From: Candidatus Bruticola sp.
GTDB lineage: Bacteria; Vulcanimicrobiota; Xenobia; Xenobiales; Xenobiaceae
Length of the DNA: 64,000 nucleotides
Direction: 5' to 3'
Assembly: GCA_051874735.1 (NCBI GenBank)
Contig: JBJEGD010000022.1
Coordinates: 32,402 to 96,401, forward strand
The translations under genes were made by a program, and so were the position numbers. This document shows positions 16,092-25,721 of this stretch, piece by piece. The notes under the pieces were generated by a model. That model did no database searches, was not told the origin of the DNA, and saw nothing but the letters and a program-made list of their open reading frames with translations. Positions within the stretch are counted from its first letter, which is position 1. Each line of letters starts with the position of its first letter.

Positions 16092-18563
16092 CTAGCCTTT
16101 TTCTTCCTTAATTCCACGACGATACAACTTAATAAGTTCATATTTACCTTTACGTATCTCAATAAGATAAATATCACGTATATCTAGCTGCCTAGCTAAA
16201 GAAAATGTTCCAGTAGCCCCCTTCCAACAAAGCCGGGCCTGAGGTTCTTTAGGATCAGCACCAATAGAATGCAGATAAGAACGCATTTCTTGGCGAGTCT
16301 TCACTCCATTTTTATAAGCACTCAACATAATATTAGCAGCATCAAAAGCGCTGGCATCCAAATGAGAAGGCGAGATACCTCCAAATAGACGCCGGAAACG
16401 CTCAGTATAACGTTTAGTCACCGGATCAGGACTGTCACAATGGAAATAACCAGACAGTATTAAACCATCTGCAGAACTTCCGCCCACAGATATTAAATCT
16501 TTCGTAAAGGGAGCGACTTGACTGGCGATGGGAACATCGATACCACGCGAACGCAATTCTTCAGCAAATAGAGCTAGCGGCGTGCCACGATGATCGGAAA
16601 AGAATATACAATCGACCTTATCTTGGACGAATTTATCTATAACACGGTCAAATTTTACGTTAGAGAAATAGACCTCAGATCCAATAAAGCCCCCCGCTTT
16701 TTTGAAGCTACTGCGGAAATAATCGGCAACATTGGCAGAAAGTACGCTATCCCTGTCAATAACTATACCAACGCGGCGGTAACCTTTTTTCACTAAATAG
16801 TCAGCAATAACACGACAACGTGCTGCATTAGTATCACTGGCAGTAAAAATACAAGGCCCTTGTTCCCAAATACCAGGAGCTGACACTACAGGAGTAAGAA
16901 TAGGCAGCTGAGCAGCATTAAAAAGGGGAGACAAGGCCAAAGAAAACTGTGAACTAAATGGGCCAATTACGCCTAAATACTCTTGATCGCCACTAATACT
17001 GCTGCATATACCGGCCGCAGTCTCCATACTAGAGCGATCGTCATAGATATCAATAACCGCTAATCGTCCATCTTTGGCTCCACCACTGCGATTAAAATCA
17101 TTTTGCGCCATAGCTATTCCGTAAAGCAGGCGGTAAGCTTCCGGAGCATTGGCTCCACTCAAAGTCATAAAAGCAGGCAGACGGAAGTACTTTTTGCCGC
17201 TCAAGTACACATTGACATTTTCCTTCATAATATGTGCTTCTGCGTCGCTAGGATGACGAGTGACCGCCTGCACCAAACAGACCATAGCTTTAGGCCAATT
17301 TTGCTGATTTATGTAAAGACGAGCTGTCTCTTTATCAGAATTAACTAATTCATAAGGTATATCAAACTCCCAGCTGTGACCATTTAAAACCGATAGCAAA
17401 CCGCCCCAAGCTCCCCAAATAAAAAGCAAACTGCAAACAATAATAAGAATAGTGGCGAGTTTAGAAGTAGAGGCAGCTCTAGGAGAGTGGACAACTAGAC
17501 TGCTGCTAGGATTGGCATTGGCGACCACCACATGATGCGGCCGGTTGATACTTTGAGCAGCCACACGGCAAAAAGACTCCGCTCTAAGTTCATCTTTGAG
17601 AATAGGATCATCGGAAGCTACAACGGAAAGTATAGCGATAAGCTCTTTAATGACCTGCCCCATATTTTGGCAGCGTTCACTAGGATTAACCTGCATACAC
17701 CACAACACCAACTTAGAAAAGTTGGGATTTATATTGGGACAGTAAGGTGATAATTGATGACGTCCATATATCGGTGACGGTGGCTTGCCAGTTAAAACAA
17801 AATAGAGAGTGGCGCCGAAAGAATAGATATCACTACGCACATCAGTTTGGCTGGAATCTTCCCAAACTTCTGGAGGAGCATATCCAACAGATCCTACAGC
17901 AGAAGTATCACGCTTTTTAGTGGGATCAAAAAAGCGAGCTAATCCGAAATCTATCAGCTTAATATGCCCATCAGAACTGATCATGACATTTTCAGGCTTA
18001 AGATCACGAAAAATAATTGGAGGCTGCTGACTGTGCAAATACTCTAGCACCTTGGCAATTTCTAGCCCCCAACGCAAAGCCTCAACTTCACTGGGTGGTC
18101 CATTCTCTTCCACTAACTGGGCTAAGTTGCAGCCTTGAATTTCTTCCATAAGCAGAAAAGTAGACTCACCTTCAGAGAAGAAGTCAACAATAACTGGCAG
18201 ACTGCGATGGATTAGAGAAGATAAGAGACGCGCTTCCCTTTCAAAGCTGCGCTTCGCTTCAGCTAGCTGCGACTTATCTGGGTAACGTAGTTCCTTAAGA
18301 GCCCAAAATTTTCCAGGTAACCGAAGATCGGTAACCCTGTACACAGCTCCGAATCCGCCTCTGCCTAAGAGCCCCACCACTTTATAACGTTTTTGCAGTA
18401 CAGTGCCATTACTAATCTGAGTAGATGAACTGCTCTCAATTTCCTTAATAAAGCCAGAAGTAGGCAGAGACATAGGGCCTGAAGCCATCGTAAATTCGGG
18501 CTGTTTCGGAGTTTTACCCTCAGTGAAGTTATTTTCTGCCAACTTTTTACTCCGTTTCTTCAA
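16092..18563 (-). CDS. Hanks-type Ser/Thr kinase - TM - TPR-like segment - LivJ-type extracytoplasmic ligand-binding domain
   Basis: LGRGGFGAVY, ALKE, FRDLKPEN, DFG, GYAPPE; TM ILIIVCSLLFIWGAW; periplasmic-binding motifs GIAMA...N..GG, DD.S, VIGPFSS, AFDAA. Confidence 0.9.
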   Translation of the reverse strand: MKKRSKKLAENNFTEGKTPKQPEFTMASGPMSLPTSGFIKEIESSSSTQISNGTVLQKRYKVVGLLGRGGFGAVYRVTDLRLPGKFWALKELRYPDKSQLAEAKRSFEREARLLSSLIHRSLPVIVDFFSEGESTFLLMEEIQGCNLAQLVEENGPPSEVEALRWGLEIAKVLEYLHSQQPPIIFRDLKPENVMISSDGHIKLIDFGLARFFDPTKKRDTSAVGSVGYAPPEVWEDSSQTDVRSDIYSFGATLYFVLTGKPPSPIYGRHQLSPYCPNINPNFSKLVLWCMQVNPSERCQNMGQVIKELIAILSVVASDDPILKDELRAESFCRVAAQSINRPHHVVVANANPSSSLVVHSPRAASTSKLATILIIVCSLLFIWGAWGGLLSVLNGHSWEFDIPYELVNSDKETARLYINQQNWPKAMVCLVQAVTRHPSDAEAHIMKENVNVYLSGKKYFRLPAFMTLSGANAPEAYRLLYGIAMAQNDFNRSGGAKDGRLAVIDIYDDRSSMETAAGICSSISGDQEYLGVIGPFSSQFSLALSPLFNAAQLPILTPVVSAPGIWEQGPCIFTASDTNAARCRVIADYLVKKGYRRVGIVIDRDSVLSANVADYFRSSFKKAGGFIGSEVYFSNVKFDRVIDKFVQDKVDCIFFSDHRGTPLALFAEELRSRGIDVPIASQVAPFTKDLISVGGSSADGLILSGYFHCDSPDPVTKRYTERFRRLFGGISPSHLDASAFDAANIMLSAYKNGVKTRQEMRSYLHSIGADPKEPQARLCWKGATGTFSLARQLDIRDIYLIEIRKGKYELIKLYRRGIKEEKG

Positions 18564-19830
18564 CAGGAACTCTGATAATTATAATTATACCGACGTCAGC
18601 TGAAGACTTTGCCTCTATAGTACCATTATGCTTGCGAACAACCTCTTGCACCAGCCCTAAACCGAAGCAGCTGCTCAACCCCGGATGAGAATTAGCAAAA
18701 AATGGTTCAAATAGCCTAGGCAGCTCATCTTTGGAGATTAGAGTGCTATTAGAAGAAAATTCCACCTGAATTTCTCCCTTACAATAGTTAGTATGGACTC
18801 TTACCAAAGGATTGACGGTATGCTCAATTTTGATTAAATCCCGCAAAAAAACCAAAATATTAGCAAAAGCCTGCGACCATTGGGTAGAATTAGCTCTAAC
18901 TTGAGGAAGTTCTGCGTATTTTACTCTAGCAGCAATTTTATTCTCAGCAAAATCATCACGCAGTAGCTCCAAACTATCGGCAACGACTTGGTTTATATCA
19001 GTAGAAGCTCTGACAAACTGAGAAAAGCTGACCTTATTTTCATTTTCAAGAGAAGTTCTGGAATAGACTAAAAGTTTTTCGATAATACCTTTGCACTTTT
19101 GAACGGCGTCTTGAATAATGTGTAAACGTCGGGAGTTTACAGGGTCGCCAGCAGTTCTTGATAAGCTACCAACCATAGTAAGTACAGCGCTGAGCGGTTG
19201 GCTAAGTTCATGCGCTACTCCAGCTGCTAAACGTCCCACTCCGGCTAAATGGCTCTCCTGAGCGACTTCCCCTTTGAGCATCTGAATTTCTTCGTGAGCC
19301 TTATTAAGAGCCTCTTCACGAACAAAACGAGGAGCCATCAAAGAAGCTACTGAAGCTGCTGATTTTAAAAGACTGCGCTCTAATTCACCGGGATTTTTTG
19401 TACTTTCCCAAGCGGCTACTATGACCCCACCACCAGAGTGACCGTGCCATACTGGTACCGCCATCATCCAGTGGCCTGAAGCTCTCGATTCAGCAGTTTC
19501 ACCAGTCTCCCAAGCTTGCTTTAGTAAATCTTTTACCATGCCTGGGCCAGTATCCTCAGCCGGAGTACCAGCTTTAGCAGCCAAGCGGAATCCAGTTTCT
19601 TCATGGCCAGGTTGCAAATAGAGAGTGCATCCATCAGCATTAATTTCATCTAAACACGCCTGACAAAGCAACTGAGCCTGACTGGAGAAGTCATCTGTAA
19701 CCAAAGGGGCTTCCTGAAGGGCCAAAAGACTGCGCTGATAAGCATCGCGCTTGCAGAGCAAATTATAAGACCACCAAGAGTAAAACAGAGCTAGCGAAGT
19801 GGCAGCCAGCCATACAATATAAATCAACAA
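18547..19830 (-). CDS. Membrane-anchored GAF + HisKA sensor with a degenerate HATPase domain
   Basis: N-terminal TM, GAF-like region, H-box AAGVAHELSQPL, F-box LFEPFF; the N, G1 and G2 boxes are degenerate. Confidence 0.8.
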   Translation of the reverse strand: MLIYIVWLAATSLALFYSWWSYNLLCKRDAYQRSLLALQEAPLVTDDFSSQAQLLCQACLDEINADGCTLYLQPGHEETGFRLAAKAGTPAEDTGPGMVKDLLKQAWETGETAESRASGHWMMAVPVWHGHSGGGVIVAAWESTKNPGELERSLLKSAASVASLMAPRFVREEALNKAHEEIQMLKGEVAQESHLAGVGRLAAGVAHELSQPLSAVLTMVGSLSRTAGDPVNSRRLHIIQDAVQKCKGIIEKLLVYSRTSLENENKVSFSQFVRASTDINQVVADSLELLRDDFAENKIAARVKYAELPQVRANSTQWSQAFANILVFLRDLIKIEHTVNPLVRVHTNYCKGEIQVEFSSNSTLISKDELPRLFEPFFANSHPGLSSCFGLGLVQEVVRKHNGTIEAKSSADVGIIIIIRVPVEETE

Positions 19831-20097
19831 GGTTAAAAAGGAACCTCACAGCCTGTGTTTTTGCTTTAAACCTGTTTTTTCACACAGTCACTCCTCTTAT
19901 CCTTTTCTTTTGCGTACATATAGTTATCGTAAACTATATTCATTTTTTACCTTCCCTAAAGAAGTAGGCCAATAAAAATAGATCCACGTCACTATTTTTT
20001 CATTAATTTTATAGTTAAATTAGTATAAAGGCCTATGATATAAATTTGCCCAAAATTTTATAAAAAAGTTAACTGCACATTAACTGCCACTTTATTA

Positions 20098-21234
20098 TTA
20101 AACGGATTGGAGCAGGATGCGCAAATGCATCAAGACAAATAAATGGTGAGCTCTTTGGTAAAACCAATTAAGATGGCTGATTTGATGCTCTAAGGCGAAT
20201 GGCTCAGGTAGAACTTGAAATTCATTTTCCCAACTTAATAAACTTTCTACAAGAGGATCGCCGCTCTGCAGTTCTTCCCATACATTTTCATTTTCTAAAA
20301 TATAGCCTAGTTCATCGGCGACAGAGGCTAACCAGTTTGCACACTGTCTAAATAGCGAATGGTTTTTTATTAACTTTTGTTCTATATTGCGGCCTAAATC
20401 TAAGATATAGTGCAAATTGTAACTCGGCAATACACCGCTGCCCCAGCATAAATTCCAAGCTAAATTGGTATTGTGCAATAAATTATCAATATGAGCAGGA
20501 TATAGGCGTTTTAAATTAAGATCTTGTACACGTTTTAACTCATTCACTTGCTGAATTAAACAGCGACTATTTTTGGGAAACGGCAAAGGCCATTCGACCA
20601 TATCGCCAGCCCAAAAAACTTTAAATCGCGGCAACAACACTCCTAACTGACCGGAGGTGTGAGCGTCTGCGCCGATAAATTCCGCTTCTAAACCGCCTAA
20701 ATCGACTTTATCTCCCTCCTGCCAAATAGTGTCAGGAAGTTCTATAAAACTATTGGAAAAATTTTGACCATTTTTACCGTTTAAAAGTAGTTCTATTTCC
20801 TTTTTTTCCACAGCACGACACAAAGCATCAATAGTGGCAGACGAAGCACCTATGCGCAATTTATCTTTGAATATACGTTTAAACGGACGATTAGCCCAAG
20901 CATGATCCCAATCAGCATGCGTATTCAATAAATAGAAGTTTTGGGGGGTGAGTCCCTTAGAATGCCAGCGCTTTTTAACTGAAACTATAACTTCCTCAGC
21001 TAAATGCTCATCCCAACCGCTATCGATAAATAGAGCAGATTGTTTAGTAGTCAAAACATATACTAAGACTAAGTTATCCAACAAAAAGGAGCAAAAATCT
21101 AGACACCCCTGCTCCTCTGCCGCTAATGAATCAGTTAGCGAAAACTCTCGACAACGACCGCTCAATGATGGTGTTCCCTTTCTGTTCTGGGAATATTTTT
21201 TATGGAACAGATATAGCTTCTCCGACCCCTCCAC
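20098..21234 (-). CDS. Metallo-beta-lactamase-fold hydrolase
   Basis: FIDSG, NTHADWDH, AHTSG, AGD and PAH motifs; start uncertain, overlaps the ftsQ end. Confidence 0.8.
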   Translation of the reverse strand: MEGSEKLYLFHKKYSQNRKGTPSLSGRCREFSLTDSLAAEEQGCLDFCSFLLDNLVLVYVLTTKQSALFIDSGWDEHLAEEVIVSVKKRWHSKGLTPQNFYLLNTHADWDHAWANRPFKRIFKDKLRIGASSATIDALCRAVEKKEIELLLNGKNGQNFSNSFIELPDTIWQEGDKVDLGGLEAEFIGADAHTSGQLGVLLPRFKVFWAGDMVEWPLPFPKNSRCLIQQVNELKRVQDLNLKRLYPAHIDNLLHNTNLAWNLCWGSGVLPSYNLHYILDLGRNIEQKLIKNHSLFRQCANWLASVADELGYILENENVWEELQSGDPLVESLLSWENEFQVLPEPFALEHQISHLNWFYQRAHHLFVLMHLRILLQSV

Positions 21235-22315
21235 CGTTTACATGCAACTCAACATCATCAGCAGCTTCTCTATCACCGTCATTAAGCCCTATATTTACTG
21301 ATTGTGGTTCAACCGTTTCATAATCAGCAGCAGGTACTTCGCTACTGTCATCACTAACACTTTCTGCGGCAGAATCAGGGTTGTTATCTTCAAAAGCAGT
21401 ATCCACTGCAGGCTTAGAGAGGCTATCCTCATAAACACCGCGGTCTACAGCCGCATTATCCGTATTATTCTCCGCTCCATCACTGTTATTATTATCTGCC
21501 GCCCGCACCTCCTCAACAGCGCTGTCATAAGGTACCGACTTACCATCTAAATTTGAAGAGGGAAGTTTAGGAGATATTTCATACTCCTTTATAAAAACGT
21601 TTTTAAAACGCACATCTATAATATCAATTTTTTTATTTTTCATTCGAAATTGATCGAGTAAAGTACGAACAATTTCAAGTTTAATATTCAGATTATCCAA
21701 ATTGCCAATCTTTATGAGAGTTTCATGGTCCAAAAAATCTATGCAAATACTTATACTTTGAATACTATCAATAGCATAATAGATAGGCTTTATACTGAGA
21801 GCTTTCTCTATTTCATGAGCGGCCCTAAGAACGACGCTGATGAGCGCATTGTTCATCTGCCCCAGTTTAGGAATAATGAAGTCGACTTTTAAACGCGGCA
21901 GATTGCTGAAACCGGGGCGTTCTTTGCTCAATATACATCCCTCACTATCGGTCAACAACCAATATATGGGATCATGTTCAGAGCTAACTAGTACTACTGG
22001 AGTACGCTCTTTTACTTTAATGACTACCAAACCGCGTCTTTCTAACGAAATAGAATTTTCTAAAATGGCCGGATCCTTCAGAGGGTGAGTTCCACTATTC
22101 AAAAGTGAAGCCCAATAATAAAGCCCCACCTTGTAAGGCGATTGACTAATTATTTCATCGTTACTGAAAAGATTATTGCCTTCAACCCGAATCTGCGAAA
22201 TTTTGAATACAGGCGAAAGAAGAAAGACGCCCTGCGCTAAGCAGAAAAAAATGATTAAGATTACCCTCGATACCAGCCGCACAGAATAATTGGAAGGCAA
22301 GTGCATAGAAGACAA
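21200..22315 (-). CDS. ftsQ: Cell division protein FtsQ/DivIB with an acidic C-terminal tail
   Basis: TM, then SPVFKISQIRVEGN (POTRA), IKVKERTP, IDVRF; located after murC. Confidence 0.85.
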   Translation of the reverse strand: MSSMHLPSNYSVRLVSRVILIIFFCLAQGVFLLSPVFKISQIRVEGNNLFSNDEIISQSPYKVGLYYWASLLNSGTHPLKDPAILENSISLERRGLVVIKVKERTPVVLVSSEHDPIYWLLTDSEGCILSKERPGFSNLPRLKVDFIIPKLGQMNNALISVVLRAAHEIEKALSIKPIYYAIDSIQSISICIDFLDHETLIKIGNLDNLNIKLEIVRTLLDQFRMKNKKIDIIDVRFKNVFIKEYEISPKLPSSNLDGKSVPYDSAVEEVRAADNNNSDGAENNTDNAAVDRGVYEDSLSKPAVDTAFEDNNPDSAAESVSDDSSEVPAADYETVEPQSVNIGLNDGDREAADDVELHVNGGGVGEAISVP

Positions 22316-22425
22316 CGTCTGTTTTCCTCTCTTATTGAAGACTGATAATCAATTTTAGAATAAAAGAGGACATTAACCGCTATAAATTTAGCAGCCAGTC
22401 CTCATAGAATTTCCTAATACTTAAA

Positions 22426-23868
22426 TCAATTAATACAAGAATGTGAAGAAGTAAGACACTCAGCGCAACTAGCCGCACATTTATTGATATCGCCAGCCCC
22501 TAAGAAAAGCACAATATCTCCCGCCCGACAGTTGCAATTAACATACTTTACGACATCGGCTGGAGATGGAGTATATACAACATCGTGAGGAGAGGTTAAT
22601 TTCTGTTTTTGTACTCCCTCTACAATGTCTTTGGCACTAACTCCGTTAGGCTGCTCACCAGCGGAATAAATATCTGTAACTAGAAGAACATCAGCTCCAC
22701 CAAAGATCGAGCAGTACTCCTTCTGAAAAAATTTGGTGCGCGTATAGCGGTGAGGCTGAAATACAGCGATAATCCGCTTAGCTTCACCAGTGCGAGCTGC
22801 TTCTATAGCGGCCTTAATTTTACTAGGATTATGGGCGTAATCGTCAACAAGGGTCACGCCATCGAACTCTCCCAAAACTTGGAACCGACGCTGCACTCCT
22901 CTAAAGGCAGCCATATAGCGAGAGATATCCTCAAACTTTAAGCCGATCTCTAAACCGATAGCAATAGCAGCTAAAGCATTTTGAATGTTGTGGCGACCAG
23001 GGACTCGCAGAATAAGCTTTCCTAAAACTTGTCCTCTGCGCACGACCACACATTTGGAAGCGTAATTGGCGAAAGTTATGCTGACAGCTCGCACATCGTT
23101 ACCTTCATCGAGTCCATAAGTAACAACTTTGCGCCTAACTTGTGGAATCAGCGAGCGCACTCCCTCATGATCGCCACACATTACGACAAATCCATCTTCA
23201 GCTACCCTATGAGCGAACTGCAAAAATAGCTCTTCCACACGCTGTCCCATTTTATCATGATCGTAACCACAATCGCAGTAAGCTTTAGTTGAAAGATTTA
23301 CATCCGGATCGATACTAGTAATGACCGCAGCATAAGGAGAGAGATCAACAAAAGACGCATCTGATTCATCGGCCTCAGCCACTAAATAGGGGCCTTTTCC
23401 CAACTTAGCATTTGAACCGATATCGTTAATTTCACCGCCTACTACAACAGTAGGATGCAATCCAGCCTCTTCTAGCAGGGTTGCGATCATTGATGTTGTG
23501 GTAGTTTTGCCATGAGTACCTGCAACTGCAATTCCTTTAGTCGGCTTCATGAGCAAACTCAGCATATGACCGCGCTGCACAATTAAAATGTTGCGTTTTT
23601 TGGCTTCAACAACTTCCGGATTATCAGCGGGAACAGCTGAAGAGACAACTACAACGTCTGTCTCGGCAGGAATATTATCAGCACTATGACCGCAGAAAAT
23701 TTTGGCGCCCAATTCTTCCAAGCGCTGGGTTATACGCGAAATTTTCAAGTCTGAGCCAGAAACACTATGCCCCATCTGCAGCAAAATACGAGCGATACCG
23801 CTCATTCCAATTCCACCGATGCCGACAAAATGGGCATGTTTAAAGTCTAACATCACATTATCTATCAT
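22426..23868 (-). CDS. murC: UDP-N-acetylmuramate-L-alanine ligase
   Basis: HFVGIGGIGMSG, AGTHGKTTTT, EADESD, DDYAHNP, FQPHRYTRT. Confidence 0.95.
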   Translation of the reverse strand: MIDNVMLDFKHAHFVGIGGIGMSGIARILLQMGHSVSGSDLKISRITQRLEELGAKIFCGHSADNIPAETDVVVVSSAVPADNPEVVEAKKRNILIVQRGHMLSLLMKPTKGIAVAGTHGKTTTTSMIATLLEEAGLHPTVVVGGEINDIGSNAKLGKGPYLVAEADESDASFVDLSPYAAVITSIDPDVNLSTKAYCDCGYDHDKMGQRVEELFLQFAHRVAEDGFVVMCGDHEGVRSLIPQVRRKVVTYGLDEGNDVRAVSITFANYASKCVVVRRGQVLGKLILRVPGRHNIQNALAAIAIGLEIGLKFEDISRYMAAFRGVQRRFQVLGEFDGVTLVDDYAHNPSKIKAAIEAARTGEAKRIIAVFQPHRYTRTKFFQKEYCSIFGGADVLLVTDIYSAGEQPNGVSAKDIVEGVQKQKLTSPHDVVYTPSPADVVKYVNCNCRAGDIVLFLGAGDINKCAASCAECLTSSHSCIN

Positions 23869-23974
23869 TTAAGAACAATCCTTTGATTATGGCACCTTCA
23901 AATCTTATTCAGATAAGGAAGGCACATAAGTATTTTTTACCAGTTTTCAAAACTGCCCTCCCCGTTCCACTTAA

Positions 23975-25486
23975 TCATCGAATTTTGGGCAAAGCTTTTA
24001 AACGATTATGAGAGATAACCTGTAAAATCTGAGCTATTACAGCCTCAGAGGCTCGCGGCCTACCTAAATTTCCAGAAGCAACGGCCATCTTTTTAAGTTC
24101 ATCCTCATCATTCAGGAGCGATAATAAGCTACCTGATAACTCAGATTCAATTTGATTGTCCAAAATCACTTTAGCTGCTCCATTCTTTTCCAGCACGCGA
24201 GCATTGGCTTCCTGATGATTTTCAGCAGCATAAGGGTAAGGAACTAATATCGAAGGCAACTTTCGAGCCGTAACCTCCGCTAAAGTTGTAGCTCCGGCAC
24301 GACATATAACTAAATCGGCTGCACCGTAAACAGAAGCCATATCATCCGTATAGGCCATTGGTCGATAATCGATACGACGACCTGACACCAAATCGCCGCT
24401 GCGCGAGCTTATCTCATCAATATGTTTCTGTCCCGTTAAATGGATTAATGTCAAATCCATATCGAGTAAAGTTGGCAATAAAGCTAAAACAGCCTTATTC
24501 AAACTAGCAGCTCCCTGGCTGCCTCCAACTACGGCTACACATTTTCTCTCAGCAGGAATATTGAGCGCTTGTCTAGCCTCAGCGCGTCCTTTTAGTAAAA
24601 TAGAGGTTCGCACCGGATTGCCAGTCATAACCAATTTTGAAGGTTCAACACCAGTATAATTACCGGGTAGCGAGACACAAACTCTTTGTGCGAAACTGGC
24701 AATTAGTTTAGCCGATTTCCCCATAAAAGCGTTCTGCTCCATAAGCAAAATGGGTATATCTAAACAAGCAGCCGCCAACGACACTGGAACAGAAACATAT
24801 CCGCCAGAAGCAACTAAAATGTCAGGTTTGAAAACAAGAAGATGGTACAAACTTTCAAAGAAACCAAGGCCCATTTTACAAACAGCTATCAATTTATCTG
24901 ACCAACTGCCGCTCAATCCCTGAGCGTGAATATTTCGCAAACGGAAGCCTAACCTTTCCGCTATGCTACGACCGACTCCCTTATAAGCATCGAAAAAGAG
25001 CGTCTGAACTCCCCCACCTCCCCGCATAACTTCCGCTACCGCCAAAGCAGGGTACAGATGTCCACCTGTGCCGCCTCCAGCGAAAGCAACCTTAAGCGGC
25101 TTAACTCCAACTTGAGCTTTAAATGGAAATACTGCTGCAGATGGATTGATAAAACCAGGATGCATAGCAATGCCTGGCCTTATAACAGCCTGGTTAGCCC
25201 CGATATAAGCGCTATTAGCAACTTTTTGCTGTAAAGGAGTTTGACTACTAAGCGAAGGAGTGTTGACCGGAACAGACACCTCTAAACTAGAGGTGCTCGG
25301 TCTATCGGCATTCGAAGACACAACCTTACTGCCTAGCACCTCTGAAGAAGCAGACAACGCGGCCTGACGAGTACCAAAAGCCTTAGCAATAGTCTTTGCA
25401 ACTTCCGGAGATAACTTCAAAGGACGAACTGACGAACTAATTTTCTCATCGTTACTGAGAATTTGATCATCTTTATCTTTTGGCAC
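23975..25486 (-). CDS. murG: Lipid II GlcNAc transferase MurG with a long N-terminal extension
   Basis: GGGTGGHLYP, GGYVS, EQN, TGNPVR, GGSQGA, HQEANA. Likely start is GTG 25486, after GAGGGG. Confidence 0.93.
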   Translation of the reverse strand: MPKDKDDQILSNDEKISSSVRPLKLSPEVAKTIAKAFGTRQAALSASSEVLGSKVVSSNADRPSTSSLEVSVPVNTPSLSSQTPLQQKVANSAYIGANQAVIRPGIAMHPGFINPSAAVFPFKAQVGVKPLKVAFAGGGTGGHLYPALAVAEVMRGGGGVQTLFFDAYKGVGRSIAERLGFRLRNIHAQGLSGSWSDKLIAVCKMGLGFFESLYHLLVFKPDILVASGGYVSVPVSLAAACLDIPILLMEQNAFMGKSAKLIASFAQRVCVSLPGNYTGVEPSKLVMTGNPVRTSILLKGRAEARQALNIPAERKCVAVVGGSQGAASLNKAVLALLPTLLDMDLTLIHLTGQKHIDEISSRSGDLVSGRRIDYRPMAYTDDMASVYGAADLVICRAGATTLAEVTARKLPSILVPYPYAAENHQEANARVLEKNGAAKVILDNQIESELSGSLLSLLNDEDELKKMAVASGNLGRPRASEAVIAQILQVISHNRLKALPKIR

Positions 25487-25721
25487 AATTATCGCACCCC
25501 TCAAAAAAATTGAACTGTGGCCTAGTATTGGTCAAAGCTGAGTCTACTTCCTGGCTAAAGGTTCGCTTTTTACCTCCATGTAAAAAAGAAAAACCGTTTA
25601 AGTGCATATTTTTTATCTTTATTTGTGTATTCTAATGACAATCATTATTATAAGGCGAGTATTTTACTGCAGGATTGTCTGCTGTGCCAAGCAGATTGAT
25701 TATTTTTTTAACTTAATAAAA

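Noticed and set aside
19865-19900. Strong SD (GAGGAG) followed by a 5-codon ORF (MKKQV) upstream of the pseudo-histidine kinase
   Set aside because: Too short to support. No single frameshift joins it to the kinase frame, because of an in-frame TGA.
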